Source: Eledone cirrhosa (taxonomy: Eukaryota). Taken from it: a DNA stretch of 64,000 nucleotides. Positions 12,990 to 27,689 of the stretch are shown here, piece by piece; the stretch's first letter is position 1; each line of letters opens with the position of its first letter. The position numbers were made by a program, and so were the translations under genes. The stretch covers positions 19,964,001-20,028,000 of the forward strand of contig OZ024748.1 of the NCBI GenBank assembly GCA_964016885.1. The letters run 5' to 3'. The notes beneath the pieces were generated by a model. The model saw only the letters and a program-made list of their open reading frames with translations. It was not told the origin of the DNA and did not search any database.

Positions 12990-13938
12990 CCTTTGTTTTT
13001 CTATCCTCCCCCTCTCTCTTTCTCTCTATCCCCCTCCCCTCCCCCCACATCTCTCCTCTTTTTCTCTCTATCTCTCCTCTCTTTCTCTCTAATTCCCTCG
13101 CCCACCTCTCTCCCTCTCTTTCTCTCTAACTCCCTCCCCCACCTCTCCCTCTCTCTTTCTCTCTGCCTCCCTCCCTCACCTCTCCCCTCTCTTTCTCTCT
13201 ATCTTCCCCCCACACCTCACCCCTCTCTTTCTCCCTCCCCTCCCCTACTTTTCCCCCTCTCTTTCTCTCTATCTCCCTCCACTTTATCTCTATCCCCTGC
13301 CCCCTCCACTCTCTCCCATCTCTTTCTCTCTCCCTTCCCCCACTCTCCGCTCCTTTTCTCTCTATATCCCTCCCCTCCCTCTACTCTCTCACCTCTCTTT
13401 CTCTCTATCCCCCCCTCTGTTTCTCTCTCTAAATATATATCCCTTTACCTCCCCTTCCCCCTTTCTCCCTCCCACACTCTCTATCTCCCGCTCCCTCCCT
13501 CATTCTCTACCCTCCCATCTCTTTCTATCACTCTCCCCATCTCTCTCTCTCCACCCTCCCCCTCTGTTTCTTTCTCTCTCTCCACCCTACCCCTCTGTTT
13601 CTCTCTCTCTCTCTATATATATATATATCCCTCTCTCTATCCCCATCCCCTCACCCCTCTGTCTCTCTATCTATATATCCTTCTCTCTACCCCCCTCCCT
13701 TAACCTCTCTGTTTCTCGCTCTATCTATATACTCATCTCTTTCTCCCTCCTACTCTATCTCTCCCCTCTCTTCCTTCCTCCCTTTCTCTCTCTCACTATC
13801 ACCCTCTCTCCCCTCTCTCCCTCTGTATCCCTCTCCTCCTCTCTTACTCTCCGCTCTTTCTCCCTCCTACTCTATCTCTCTCCTCTCTTCCTTTCTCCCA
13901 CTCTCCCTTTCTCTCTCTCACTATCCCTCTCACTCACA

Positions 13939-13973
<35 letters not shown>

Positions 13974-14390
13974 GGTGATATATTGTCAAATATTCTCCAT
14001 TGTGTACATCAAAGTAAATCCATTCATTCAATAATTCCATACATCGTAATTTCCTGTTATTTTTCATTATCCAAATTCAAAGAGAAGCACCAACTGACTC
14101 TCTTTCTCCCTTCTCCACCCCACCTCTCTTCTTCCCCATCCCACACCTCTCTCTTCTCTCCACAACTTCTCTCTCTCTCTTCTCTATCCTCTCCATCCTT
14201 CCTCTCTCTTCTCCATCTTCTCTATCCTTTCTCTCTCTTCTCCATCTTCTCTGTCCTTTCTCTCTCTTCTCCATCTTCTCTATCCTTTCTCTCTCTTCTC
14301 CATCTTCTCTATCCTTTCTCTCTCTTCTCCATCTTCTCTATCCTTTCTCTCTCTTCTCCATCTTCTACCCCCCCCCCTTCACTCTCTCTC
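12990..14390. repeat. Polypyrimidine (CT-rich) low-complexity tracts
   Basis: Direct reading; interrupted at ~13970-14095. Confidence 0.85.
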
Positions 14391-14891
14391 TGTGCTATTA
14401 ATCAAGAAAATATGTTGTTTATGCCTACTTTATAGAACGCCCTCATTAAACCACATCTAAGACAACACCGACACAATTACTTTATACCTTTTGTTACAAA
14501 AACCACATGAAACTGCCCCTGGTTCTATGATACAAACCCACTAATTTGAAAGTGAATATATTTATCTAAAAAGAACCCCTAAAACTCCCAACATAGTTAT
14601 ATGTAAGAATGCTCCAAACATACATTCCTAATATGACAGGTAGTGAATGTACTAAATACTTTCAAAATGGTAATGGTTTCAAAAATCAAAGAAATATGGT
14701 AATGAAAGAGTTAAGGCCATTTTATCCACTAAAGCAGGGGTCAACATTGTAGGCCCCAATAAACAGATTTCATACTCATCATGGATACTTATTGAGGCAA
14801 TGTTTTATAGTTAGATCCTTTTCCTGGCACCAACACTTTTAGCTGTTTATATATATATATATATATATATAAGCAACTATATATATATATG

Positions 14892-14939
<48 letters not shown>

Positions 14940-15614
14940 TATATATATATAATATATATATATACATAAATATATATATATAATATATATATATACATAT
15001 ACATACACATATATATACACATATATATATATATATATACATATATACATGTATATATATATATTATACTAATATATTATATCAAAATTAAACAATATAA
15101 AAATATTTTCTATAATAATCAGAAACATAGTTTAATTAGTAGATATATTGGGTGTTTTGTTACAAACTTCAAAAACAGGAGGACGTACTGAAAAAACGGA
15201 TCAGTACCTCCGAAATATATATAATAAAACATATATTTTGATTATGTGAACGTCTTCATTTATTAATATTTTGAATAATATATATATATATTTATTTATT
15301 AAAATAACAGATGAAAGTTTAATGTTATTTTAATACATTTTTGCTCTACGGTTCTTATATATTTGATATATATTTATCCTTATCGAGCCCTCTTTGGATT
15401 TTAGTCTTCAAATTTATTATTATTACTATATATATATATAAAGGTTAAAATACTGGAGCGTGTTGGAGTTAAACACCCTCTTCGTATTATAGAAATGACA
15501 GTAAAAGGTATAGCTCAATGTAGTTAAACAGAGCCAAAGAATTTAGTGTATGTACACTCCATATTCTTCGGAGTTTCCGGCTTGTATTGGCCGATTATGC
15601 TTCTTGTTGTTTTA

Positions 15615-15659
15615 ATTGCCCTGATGAGTCCTTAATAGGACGAAACATTGTCGGCCAAT
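15615..15659 (+). ncRNA. Minimal type I hammerhead ribozyme
   Basis: attgcc-CTGATGA-gtcc-ttaata-ggac-GAAA-cattg-TC-ggccaat. Canonical G-C-closed stem II and GUC site. Confidence 0.8.
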
Positions 15660-15700
15660 AAAGACTTTTGATGTATTGAAGGCTTCTTTGTTTTACTTTC

Positions 15701-15754
<54 letters not shown>

Positions 15755-15984
15755 TATATATATATATATAATTTTTCTTGAGTCAGTTTTTTTCGTAGCT
15801 CTGGTCTTAGTGGCCCGTTTATCGGTCGCTGTCTTCAATTTGCATAGCTGTCTAAACATAATGTTATAACTCTAAGGTATAATTCCTTATTGAGTGCTTA
15901 GCTGCACATACCGACTGCATTTGTTACCTTGGCTGCAACCAGAGCTTCGATTATGCTGTACTTCCTTTTTATATATATATATAT

Positions 15985-16214
15985 AGTTTACTCAGCTGTA
16001 GAAATGAGATGATAGGGACTGGGGTCCATATCATTCCACTGCAAAGTGGTCGTGGGGGTGCCACGGCAAAAAAGCACCCAGCACTCACTGTAAATGAGGT
16101 TGGTGTTAGGAAGGGCATCCAGCTGTAGAAATCAAGCCAGAATCAGTTCCCGTCCCACCCTTGCAAGCAGGGAAAAAGCGGACGTAAAATGAAATGATGA
16201 TGATGATGATGATG
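15985..16214 (+). mobile_element. 5'-truncated SINE family 1
   Basis: Matches the 3' two-thirds of 56479-56826. Confidence 0.8.
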
Positions 16215-16267
16215 ATATATATATATATAAAAAGAGAACTTTTTTCGCTCTACATCGCTGAATACAA

Positions 16268-16688
16268 TAAATATAATCTGAGTTTTTCGAATATTAATAA
16301 TTGTTTCTTCTTTTTAATAATAACATTCGATTCGTCTGCAATTATGCAAACAAGCCTCAATTTTATAGTCATGTCATTATACTGACATGGCTATAAAATT
16401 GAGGCTTGTTTGCATAATTGCAAACAAATCGAATGTTATTATTAATATTAAAAAACTCAGATTACATTTATTATATATATATATATATATTTCGTTTCTG
16501 AATTTGTTTAGCAAGATTCTTTATCTGAAAACGTGTGTTGAAACCGATATTGTTATACTTTGGGAGGGTCATGTTGCCAATAAGAAACACACGCACCAGT
16601 TGCTTTCACTTCAATTTATTATAATAAATTGAAGTGAAAGCAACTGGTGCGTATGTTTCTTATTGGCAACATGACCCTCCCAAAGTAT

Positions 16689-16725
<37 letters not shown>

Positions 16726-16850
16726 ATAGAAGGAACTTCTACAGGACTAGTACTGTTTCATTCAGATGAAATCTTCAGGAAGCTTTCATCTGGAAGATTT
16801 CATCTGAATGAAACAGTACTAGTCCTGTAGAAGTTCCTTCTATAAAATAA
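16268..16850. repeat. Three consecutive unrelated palindromes (centres ~16379, ~16621, ~16785)
   Basis: Arms 16313-16376/16383-16446; 16547-16621/16622-16696 (no loop); 16719-16776/16793-16849. Each is separated by (TA)n. The third carries a hammerhead-like CTGAAGA...GAAA on minus. Confidence 0.9.
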
Positions 16851-16919
16851 AAATTTTACTCTGCCATGTATTGAGTACCTTACTTACTGTGGTTATCCCC
16901 GACTCAACCCGGGACCTAC

Positions 16920-16973
<54 letters not shown>

Positions 16974-17051
16974 TTATCTCTCTCTACAGACATAGGGTCC
17001 TTTTTGAAGCCAATGTTTTATAATCCGATTCCCTTTTAGTCATATCACTCA

Positions 17052-17088
<37 letters not shown>

Positions 17089-17420
17089 ACTCTCTCTCTC
17101 TTTCTCTTTCTCTCTCTATATATATATAAAAAATAAAGAGGGTATGGTAAGATACCAGGTGGACCATAACACACCAGAGTACTCAATACTTTAGGGTAGT
17201 AGAGTTGGTAATATCAGAAGAGTCAGAACCCCGTTTGGACTTAGCTGTCAAAACGGCCGGAGCTCAGCCATCGGGGTCCGGACTCCTCTCCTACATATAT
17301 ATATATATTTGTTGTAAGGTTGCTTAGATGCATCCATAGGTGGTATGCCGGTTGAGCACTCCATGCTCCATCAGAGCAGAATATAATATTATAGAAAATG
17401 AAGAATCAGTGATGCATCGA

Positions 17421-17461
<41 letters not shown>

Positions 17462-17520
17462 TGTGTGTGTATATATATACACATGTATATATATATATAT
17501 GTTTGTGTGTGTATATATAT

Positions 17521-17554
<34 letters not shown>

Positions 17555-17574
17555 GTTTGTGTGTGTATATATAT

Positions 17575-17646
<72 letters not shown>

Positions 17647-18061
17647 TGATCTATAAAGCTCAGTGTATGGTCACGCTCCTTTGTTATAGAAATCTACGAT
17701 ATAGAATTTCTTCAATTGAAATTTACAATTCAGTATTCGAAATAGCTTCGATTGGGTCATGGCACATATATTTTTTTCAATTTCAGCCACAATTACGCAA
17801 AAAATAGATAAAACTCAATATTTTATGATTTTTTCCTCTCTCATTTAAACTGCTAAACTCTTTCCATTACCATTCAAAATCTATACAACTTCATACTTTC
17901 TGCTACTTTCTCTTTCCAAGCTGACACAACACGTAAAATGAAACTAAATTATTCTTTTCATTTTACATTGTTCATGTTGATGGTGATACTGTCCGTTTTA
18001 CTCTCTCATACCATCTGGGTACCTCTATCTACAACCCACACATTTTGCTACTTTCTCTTTT

Positions 18062-18671
18062 ATTATCTATAAAAGGCAGATTGTTGTTGTTGCGTGTGTG
18101 TGTGCACATGTTCCATGTTTATACATTTGCACAATTTCAAACCGATTCGACTCAAAGTATGTAAGAATGTTGTAAATGGTCTAACTTAGGTCAACGACTA
18201 TTTATTTCATTCAAACTCATCCACAATTATGGAAATCGATAAAAATAAATACATGACGCTTTACTCCTCTAATAGAATCTGCTTACCTCTCTCTACTCCC
18301 CTTCAAATTCGATAAAACTACATACATGCTTACAAACTTCCTTTAGGAACGCCGAAGAGAGAGAGAGAAGAGAGTGAGAGGGAGAGAGAGAGAGAACGTT
18401 TATTATCACATAAAGTACCAGTAATGTACTGGGTTATTGCTGGCCTTGTGCCAAAAAAGTAGAAACAATCATTACTTTTCATATGAAACGACAATTATCC
18501 AAAAGCAACAGATACATTTATTCAACAACAAGCGATAAATCTTTTTTAAAACCTCTCAACGAACGTGGATTCTTACAGACTTTGAGTCGAATCGGTTTGA
18601 AATTGTGCAAATTTATAAACATGGAACATGTGCACACACACAACAACAACAATCTGCCTTTTATAGATAAT
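18062..18671. mobile_element. ~105-bp inverted repeats (18062-18168 / 18569-18671): MITE, or two opposed Helentron/DINE-like ends
   Basis: attatctataaaaggcagattg...ccgattcgactcaaagtatgtaagaat and its reverse complement. Confidence 0.55.
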
Positions 18672-18684
18672 GATAAACAATAAT

Positions 18685-19140
18685 ATCCTCTATGAGGTCA
18701 CTAAACCTGCTAGAAACAGCAGCTAACTCTCCCCCATACCACTCCCCTCCCTACTGTCTTAAATTTAGAAAACATATCTTCTATGAGGTCACTAAACCTG
18801 CTAGAAACAGCAGCAAACTCTTCCCCATATCACACCACTCCCTACTGTCTTAAATTTAGAAAACACATATCCTCTATGAGGTTACTAAACCTGCTAGAAA
18901 CAGCAGCTAACTCTCCCCCATATCACACAAATCCCTACTGTCTTAAATTTAGAAAACATATCTTCTATGAGGTCACTAAACCTGCTAGAAACAGCAGCTA
19001 ACTCTCCCCCCATATCACACCACTCCCTACTGTCTTAAATTTAGAAAACATATCCTCTCTGAGATCACTAAACCTGCTAGAAACAACAGCTAACTATCGC
19101 TCATATCACAACCCTCCCTACTGTCTTAAATTTACAAAAC
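18685..19140. repeat. ~90-bp minisatellite, 5 units
   Basis: ctatgaggtcactaaacctgctagaaacagcagc...ctgtcttaaatttagaaaac repeated. Confidence 0.9.
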
Positions 19141-19440
19141 ACACAGATAACCATGCAGAACAACTCCATCGCAGCTCTGTTGTTCAGCTGGCATCGTCTA
19201 CGCGCGTGTTGCGCAAGTACTGTGAAACAATAAATTTCAACACTTTTTGCACAGAGATAATATCCATAGGTGAAACTACAATTGTCACTGCTGGCGCAGC
19301 TCCTGCTTCCAGGTCTGCAATTCATTCACCCAGTGCCTGGCAGACAAAAAAGTGCTGCCATAAAATGGGTGGTGCAACCTAACTTTGGTACCTTAATGAC
19401 CCCGAGCAACGCCAGGCTTTAATGCTAGTATATATATATT

Positions 19441-19471
<31 letters not shown>

Positions 19472-19478
19472 ATTTATA

Positions 19479-19518
<40 letters not shown>

Positions 19519-19523
<5 letters not shown>

Positions 19524-20052
19524 TCATCATCATCATCATCACCGTTTTACGTCCGTTCTTCCACGCTAGCATGGGTTAGACGGGTTGTCCTGTTGTGGGC
19601 AGTGTCCGATCGGCTGACCTTGTCTTGCTCATACGGGAACTCATTCTGGCTTGATTTCTACAGCAGGATGCCCTTCCTTACATCAACCTCCTTTACAGTG
19701 AGTACTGGGTGCTTTTTTTCCGTGGTGCCTACACGTCCACTTTTACAGTGTGGGCTGGGTGCTTTTTTCTATACACACACATATATAAATATATATATAT
19801 ATATATATATCATTTCATTCATCATTTCATTTTACGTCCGCTTTTCCCTGCTTGCAAGGGTGGGACGGGAACTGATTCTGGCATGATTTCTACAGCTGGA
19901 TGCCCTTCCTAACACCAACCTCATTTACAGTGAGTGCTGGATGCTTTTTTGCCATGGCACCTCCACGACCACTTTGCAGTGGAATGATAGAGACCCCAGT
20001 CCCTATCATCTCATTTCTACAGCTGAGTAAACTGGAGCAATGTGAAATAAAG
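19519..20052 (-). mobile_element. Two adjacent truncated SINE family 1 / RTE-tail copies
   Basis: (CAT)n-tacgtccg tails at ~19520 and ~19812; the first matches 1990-2208 in reverse. Confidence 0.75.
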
Positions 20053-20574
20053 TCTCATATATATATACAACCGTACATATTGAGGCTATGTATTACAGCC
20101 AGATGCCCTTCATCATATCAACCATTTTAGTCACTTTTATAACAGTTTACATCACAAAACACAGTCCACCATTCTCAGTAATAGACTTCAAAGTCAAGCT
20201 GTTCATTGAATTCCGCACTTTGTCAATTCCTATTATTTTTCATGATTCCTATTTCAAAGAGAAGCACTAACTCACTTTCTCCCTCTCACTTTCTTTGTTC
20301 TTTCTCTCTCTTCTCCCTCTCACTCTCTTTGCTCTTTCTCTCTCTCCTCTCTTTGCTCTTTCTCTCTCTCTCTCCTCTCTCTGCTCCACGTCACTCTCTT
20401 TCCTCTTTATCTCTCTCCTCTCCCTCCCTTTCTCAGCCCCACCCCCACCCCTCATATTAACCAATCAACCCCAGTTATCACCCAGACCTACCCAATACAA
20501 CACCCTTATTGAACCACACCTGACACACTGGAACCAGTTTATCAAGCTACTACAATTCACACCATGTTCAAAGT

Positions 20575-20941
20575 AATCATCATCATCACCATCATAAGCC
20601 ACAGCTTCAACATCATCATCATCATCATCATAATCCACAGCTTCAACATCATCATCATCATCATCATCATCATAAGCCACAGCTTCATCATCATCATCAT
20701 AAGCCACAGCTTCAACATCATCATCATCATCATCATAATCCACAGCTTCAACATCATCATCATCATCATCATCATAAGCCACAGCTTCAACATCATCATC
20801 ATCATCATCATCATCATCATAAGCCACAGCTTCAACATCATCATCATCATCATCATAATCCACAGCTTCAACATCATCATCATCACCATCATCATAATCC
20901 ACAGCTTCAACATCATCATCATCATCATCATAATCCACAGC

Positions 20942-20976
<35 letters not shown>

Positions 20977-21400
20977 AATTCACAGCTTCAACATCATCAT
21001 CACCACCATCATCATAATCCACAGCTTCAACATCATCATCATCATCTTCATAATCCACAGCTTCAACATTATCATAATATTTATCATCATCATCATCATC
21101 TTCATAATCATTATCACCATCATCATATTTATCATCATCATCATCATAATCCACAGCTTCAACAACGACATCATCATCATGATCCTTTTCATAAACTTCC
21201 CCCTCCTCATTTTCATCACCATATTTATCATCATCATCATCATCTACATAATCATCATCGTCATCTTTTTCATGACCCCCCTCTTCCCCCTCCTCCTCCT
21301 CCTCATCATCATCATGTTTATCATCCTTTTCATAATCCACCTCCTCTTCCTCCTCCTCATCGTTATTACCACCATCATCACCATCATCGTTATTACTGTC
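20575..21400. repeat. (CAT)n-based minisatellite with ataa[g/t]ccacagcttcaa spacer
   Basis: About 14 spacer copies separated by variable (CAT)n. Confidence 0.9.
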
Positions 21401-21769
21401 ATGTTATATCTTCCTCCCTATACTACCTACCATGTATTGGACCAGTCCATATGGCCCCAAGTCAGTTGTTATAGAGAGTTATGGTCCCCTTAAGAGATTC
21501 GAAGCAGTACCTCTCACTGAAACCTTCCACTTCTGGTGTCCCTTCCACACCTCAATGTTGTCCTTACTAAACACCACCCAATATACAGAGTGTACTCGGT
21601 GTATTTTATCATGACACCAACACAAAAGAGACTGTCATATTTTCCTAATATTCCTTCTCTCTCTTTTCACACTCTCTCCTTTATCATCATTGTCCTTCAT
21701 ACTCCCTTCAATTTCTCATTCCTATCATCGCTCTCTCCTCCTTGTCATCATTCCCCCCTTTTCTCATTC

Positions 21770-22501
21770 ATGTCATCACTCTCTCTCTCGCTCTCTGTAT
21801 ACACCCTCCTTTCTCACCCCTGTCATTCATACACCCTGCGTTCTCACACTTGTCATCACTCTTTCTCTCTTTCTCTCTCTCTCTCTCTTTCTCTATACAC
21901 CCTCCTTTCTCACCCCTGTCATTCATACATCCTCCGTTCTCACACTCTCTCTCTCTCTCTCTCTCTCTATACACCCTCCTTTCTCACCCCTGTCATTCAT
22001 ACACCCTCCGTTCTCACACTTGTCATCACACTCTCTCTCTCTACACCCTCCTTTCTCACCCCTGTCATTCATACACCCTCCGTTCTCACACTTGTCATCA
22101 CTCTCTCTCTCTCTCTCTGTATACACCCTCCTTTCTCACCCCTGTCATTCATACACCCTCCGTTCTCACACTTGTCATCACACTCTCTCTCTCTACACCC
22201 TCCTTTCTCACCCCTGTCATTCATACACCCTCCGTTCTCACACTTGTCATCACTCTCTCTCTCTCTCTCTGTATACACCCTCCTTTCTCACCCCTGTCAT
22301 TCATACACCCTCCGTTCTCACACTTGTCATCACTCTCTCTCTCTTTCTCTCTCTCTCTATATATATACACCCTCCTTTCTCACCCCTGTCATTCATACAC
22401 CCTCCGTTCTCACACTTGTCATCACTCTCTCTCTCTCTCTCTGTATACACCCTCCTTTCTCACCCCTGTCATTCATACACCCTCCGTTCTCACACTTGTC
22501 A

Positions 22502-22559
<58 letters not shown>

Positions 22560-22580
22560 ACCCCTGTCATTCATACACTC
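21770..22580. repeat. ~70-bp minisatellite with variable (CT)n
   Basis: tacaccctcctttctcacccctgtcattcatacaccctccgttctcacacttgtcatca repeated ~11 times. Confidence 0.9.
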
Positions 22581-22714
22581 TCCTTTCTCAAGGAGAGTGT
22601 ATGAATGCTCCTTATTGCCCTCCTATTGTTCAAACAACTGGAACACACACACACAGAAGTCCATTCTATATCATCTCAATTAAAACATAAAAAAGTCTTC
22701 TTGACAGATATTAC

Positions 22715-22919
22715 AGGCAAAACCAACATACGGGGGACCTTGGAGTAGATCCTGAGCAAGATGGTTGGATAACATCCCTGAGCTGAGTGGGTCCTGATTG
22801 GAGATCTAGTCGGACCAATTGGAGACGGTTACTTCTGACAAAACCCACTGTTTCTAGTATTTGAGGACTTGGTCCCCCACGACGTTCCCAAAGAAGAAGA
22901 AGAAGAAGAAGAAGAAGAA

Positions 22920-22970
<51 letters not shown>

Positions 22971-23205
22971 GATGATGAAGATGATGATGATGATGATGAT
23001 GAAGAAGATGATGAAGAAGATGATGAAGAAGATGATGAAGAAGATGATGATGATGAAGATGATGAAGATGATGAAGATGATGAAGATGATGATGATGATG
23101 ATGATGAAGAAGATGATGAAGAAGATGATGAAGAAGATGATGATGATGAAGATGAAGAAGAAGAAGAAGAAGATGATGAAGAAGATGAAGAAGATGAAGA
23201 AGACT
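22715..23205 (+). mobile_element. Decayed LINE 3' end (RTE-like) followed by an expanded (GAA)/(GAT) tail
   Basis: Broken frames read ...SRS*ARWLDNIPEL...RTNWRRLL, resembling the RTE terminal GRP..RW.D.I...DR..WR motif. Directly followed by (GAA)n. Confidence 0.45.
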
Positions 23206-23325
23206 TCTAGACATTTTCCCCTATATTAGTTATTATGTTAAAATATTTTATGTCAGACATCGGAATGAAGGGTGAGGGGCAATGGATTGCGTTTTAAATA
23301 AATTTCTTGAGACATAACATAGAAT

Positions 23326-23400
<75 letters not shown>

Positions 23401-23460
23401 CAATGAGAAAAGAAGGCCAGATTGCAATGTATTCCAATTTGGTGTATATATATGTATGTA

Positions 23461-23563
<103 letters not shown>

Positions 23564-23719
23564 GCACACACACATATAGATGTGTGTGTGATGTGCAACA
23601 CTCCTCACAGATTTTGAAATATTGTTGCTTCTCATGTAGATGCAGTGACAACAACAACAACAGAGATAGATAGATATATAGATAGATAGAGAGAGAGAGA
23701 CAAATAGTGAGACAGAGAC

Positions 23720-23836
<117 letters not shown>

Positions 23837-23973
23837 ATAATACATTCAATATCATCAAATGTGCAACCAGGGAGAAATATGAGTAACAAATTGTTTTGTA
23901 ATTTTAGAATCTATAAACTATATGGTATATATATATGTGTGTGTGTGTATGTGAATGTGTATGTGTGTATGTA

Positions 23974-24129
<156 letters not shown>

Positions 24130-24189
24130 ATATAGATATATTATGTATATATGCTAAATATATATATATATACACGATATATATATATA

Positions 24190-24507
24190 TGGAGGCATGT
24201 GGCTTAGTGGTTAGAGCATTGGCCTTGCAATCGAAAAGTTGTGAGTTCAATTCTCAGACCGGGTGATGTGTTGTTTCCTTGAGCAAGACACTTTATTTCA
24301 CATTGCTCCAGTTTACTCAGCTGTAGAAATGAGATGCAAAGTGGTCGTGGAGGTGCCACGGCAAAAAAGCACCCAGCACTCACTGTAAATGAGGTTGGTG
24401 TTAGGAAGGGCATCCAGCTGTAGAAACCAAGCCAGAATCAGTTCCCGTCCCACCCTTGCAAGCAGGGAAAAAGCGGACGTAAAATGAAATGATGATGATG
24501 ATGATGA

Positions 24508-24508
<1 letters not shown>
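24190..24508 (+). mobile_element. SINE family 1, full head, ~30-bp internal deletion
   Basis: Lacks atagggactggggtccatatcattccact, which is present in the other copies. Confidence 0.85.
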
Positions 24509-24541
<33 letters not shown>

Positions 24542-24653
24542 GAAATATATATATATATATATGCTAAATATATATATATATATATATATTCACATTTTAA
24601 TTTGTTCAACATCAGCACCACCAACATTGCGACCAACACTATTGTAATCACTG

Positions 24654-24686
<33 letters not shown>

Positions 24687-24917
24687 TTACTAACCCAAAC
24701 AATTATACAGCCTATCTATATAACTATATATCTAAGTATATATATATATATATATATATACATTGATGCACAAAATATATATACATATATACACACACAG
24801 AGATACGCATATATATGTATATATATATATACATATGTATATATATATATATAGAGAGAGAGAGAGCGAGATACACATATACATATTACAATCATCATCA
24901 TCATGTATATGTCTGTG

Positions 24918-24970
<53 letters not shown>

Positions 24971-25064
24971 ATCATATATATGATGATGATGATCATCATG
25001 TATTATATATATATATATATATATATATAGTGCAAGGTCAACAGCAGTCAAAATAGTAAAAACA

Positions 25065-25115
<51 letters not shown>

Positions 25116-25638
25116 TGCAAACATGTAAACATATACATTATTGTATATAACATGACAGAAGAGGGGATTAGAAATACATTTTGACTGTAAACAAACAAAA
25201 GTGAAACACCATGTGTGTGTGTGTGTGTGTGAATGTGTATATATGTGCATTAAGGTACATCTTTGTGTGTCTATGTACATGTATGTATGTGTGTGTGCCT
25301 ATATGGTGCGTGTTTATGTGTGTGTGTGTTATGGTACAACTGTGCATTATATATACATATATGTATAGATATACCTCTCTTTCTATATATGAATACATAT
25401 GGACATATAAATATGTGTATACATCCCAACACTTGCATGCATACATCATACATATCTCTCTATCTCTCTCTCTCTCTAGTGTATATATATATATAGAACG
25501 TGAATAATATTGTAGAACAATAAAACTATGCATATATCAGATAAGTAGCACTCAACAGTTGGTAGAACTAGAGTATATATAATCGAAATACGTATAATAA
25601 AATATATGGAACTCTTATAACCATCTTTATTTCATCTT

Positions 25639-25701
<63 letters not shown>

Positions 25702-25982
25702 TACATGTATATATATATATGTAACACAGAGGGTGTGGTAAGATACCATGTGGACCATAATGCACCGGAGTACGCAATACTTAGGGATGTAGAGTGTGTG
25801 ATAGGAAAATAGTCAGGATCCCAATGGCTGAGCTTCAGCCGTTTCAACAGCTGTCAGATCTAGCTGTCGAAACGGCTGGAGCTCAGCCGACAGGGTCCTG
25901 ACTCTTTTCCTACATATATATATACAGGGTCCTGACTCTTTTCCTACATACATATATATAAGGTGGGTAATAACTGTTGTTA

Positions 25983-26034
25983 TCTACTCTGATGATTCCC
26001 GCCTTGTGCTAGGATGAAACGATTGTAAGTGATT
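25983..26034 (+). ncRNA. Minimal type I hammerhead ribozyme
   Basis: act-CTGATGA-ttcc...ggat-GAAA-cgattg-TA-agt. GUA site, short stem I. Confidence 0.55.
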
Positions 26035-26452
26035 AAATGTTTTAAACGTTCTTTGATTGTCATTTACATTATATATATATATACATACTATTGAAGTCTG
26101 TCCCAAGCTCTCAGGCTCATCAGACCAATGGGTATTGCTGGTATCATTTTTCATCAGCGTTAAGCGACTAAGTACAAGTCTTCCCCCAGGAGAGCTTGCC
26201 AGTTCAATGTAGGGTTAAACCCCCAGTTACTACTGGTACCCACTTTTAGGTGAGTGTATTCGAGCAATGTGAAATGAAGTGTTTTGCTCCAGCAATTGAA
26301 CCCACATGATTATGATTATCAGTACAACAACCTAACCACTAAGCCATATGCTTGTACCAACTATTATTTATAGTTATCTGCACTGTGGCTGCTTCTCCAA
26401 AATGGTAATATAATTTAAAATTATATATGCACACACATGTATATATACATAT

Positions 26453-26523
<71 letters not shown>

Positions 26524-27689
26524 CGTATACATATAGTTATATATATATATATATATGCATGTATATATATACATATATATATGAATATGAATAAATATAC
26601 ATATGTAAATATATATATAGGTGTGTGTGTGTGTGTATTTGTGTATGTGTATATATATATATATATACTTGTATATGTGTGTTCACACCCTGACAAAACA
26701 AACAAACAAAAATATACACAAACCACTACTTTGACACATACCTAACCAAAACAAAAACTACTGAATACAAAAAAGGTAGTGATGACTTGAAATAAATCAA
26801 ATGTGAATCTTATTTTGTTGTGGTTTTATTTCATGTCAGTGTAAACAATTATTGTGGGAGACAGAAGGCATTGAGTAGGGCTGAAGACAAAAACAAGGAC
26901 AACAGAACATTTTAAAGGAGGTGGTATTGAAAAGGGGGAATATAATGTCTTGCTATTGTTTCATTATATTCTTCAACGTTCTAATCTTACTTGAGATCAG
27001 TTTTGGCTTTGGCTTTCATTGTTCTTATGGATGTAGGAGTGGGGTCTGGAGGAGGGGAGAGAGTAAAATATGTAGCAGTAATATACTGAGGCAATTTTGG
27101 TACTATCCATCCTGGCCAAAATCACTTCTGGTTTTATGAAACCATACATCCCATTTCATAAAGGTTTCAATTTAACCCTTTAGCATTTACAATACTCTAT
27201 ATTTACTATTACATTTTCATCGTAAAGGCTTCACCTCACAGAATTATCTCACATGATATCGAATCTATGAGATTTTGATATTAATTATTTTGAGGACAAT
27301 ACCTTAACATCAGTATGAGCGACCAGTTACAGCCGGTTTGAACAGAAGGTACCATATGTTAAGTTAGTGTTAAAGACCCTCCATCAGTGACAAATGCACC
27401 TAGAAATTTCCCCCCAGAGGCACAAACCTGGGCAAGGTGTTTTTATGGAAGACCAGCAGTCACCCCTGTATACCAACCAGTCTCCCCTTTCAATGCCACC
27501 AATGCCCTCCAAGGGTAAGGCCAAGGCTAATACAGCTTGGCACCAATGATATCAACTCATTTCTATGGATGAGAGAACTGGAGCAACATGAAATAAAGTG
27601 TTTTACTCAAAGACCATATGGTCTGATAATCGAACTCACAACCTCTTGATTGCAAGCCATATGCCCCAACCACTAGGCCATATGCTTCA

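Noticed and set aside
19150-19405. Possible mariner-type DNA transposon end
   Set aside because: No partner TIR, TSD or transposase frame was found in the window.
20465-21340. 291-aa acidic ORF with VEAVDYDDDD repeats, resembling a biomineralisation protein
   Set aside because: It lies wholly in a (CAT)n minisatellite that is open in several frames on both strands, with no signal peptide or splice support.
24190-24262. tRNA gene-like A/B boxes (also at 46086, 56479 and in SINE family 2 heads)
   Set aside because: These are SINE heads continuing into repeat bodies, with no proper acceptor stem.
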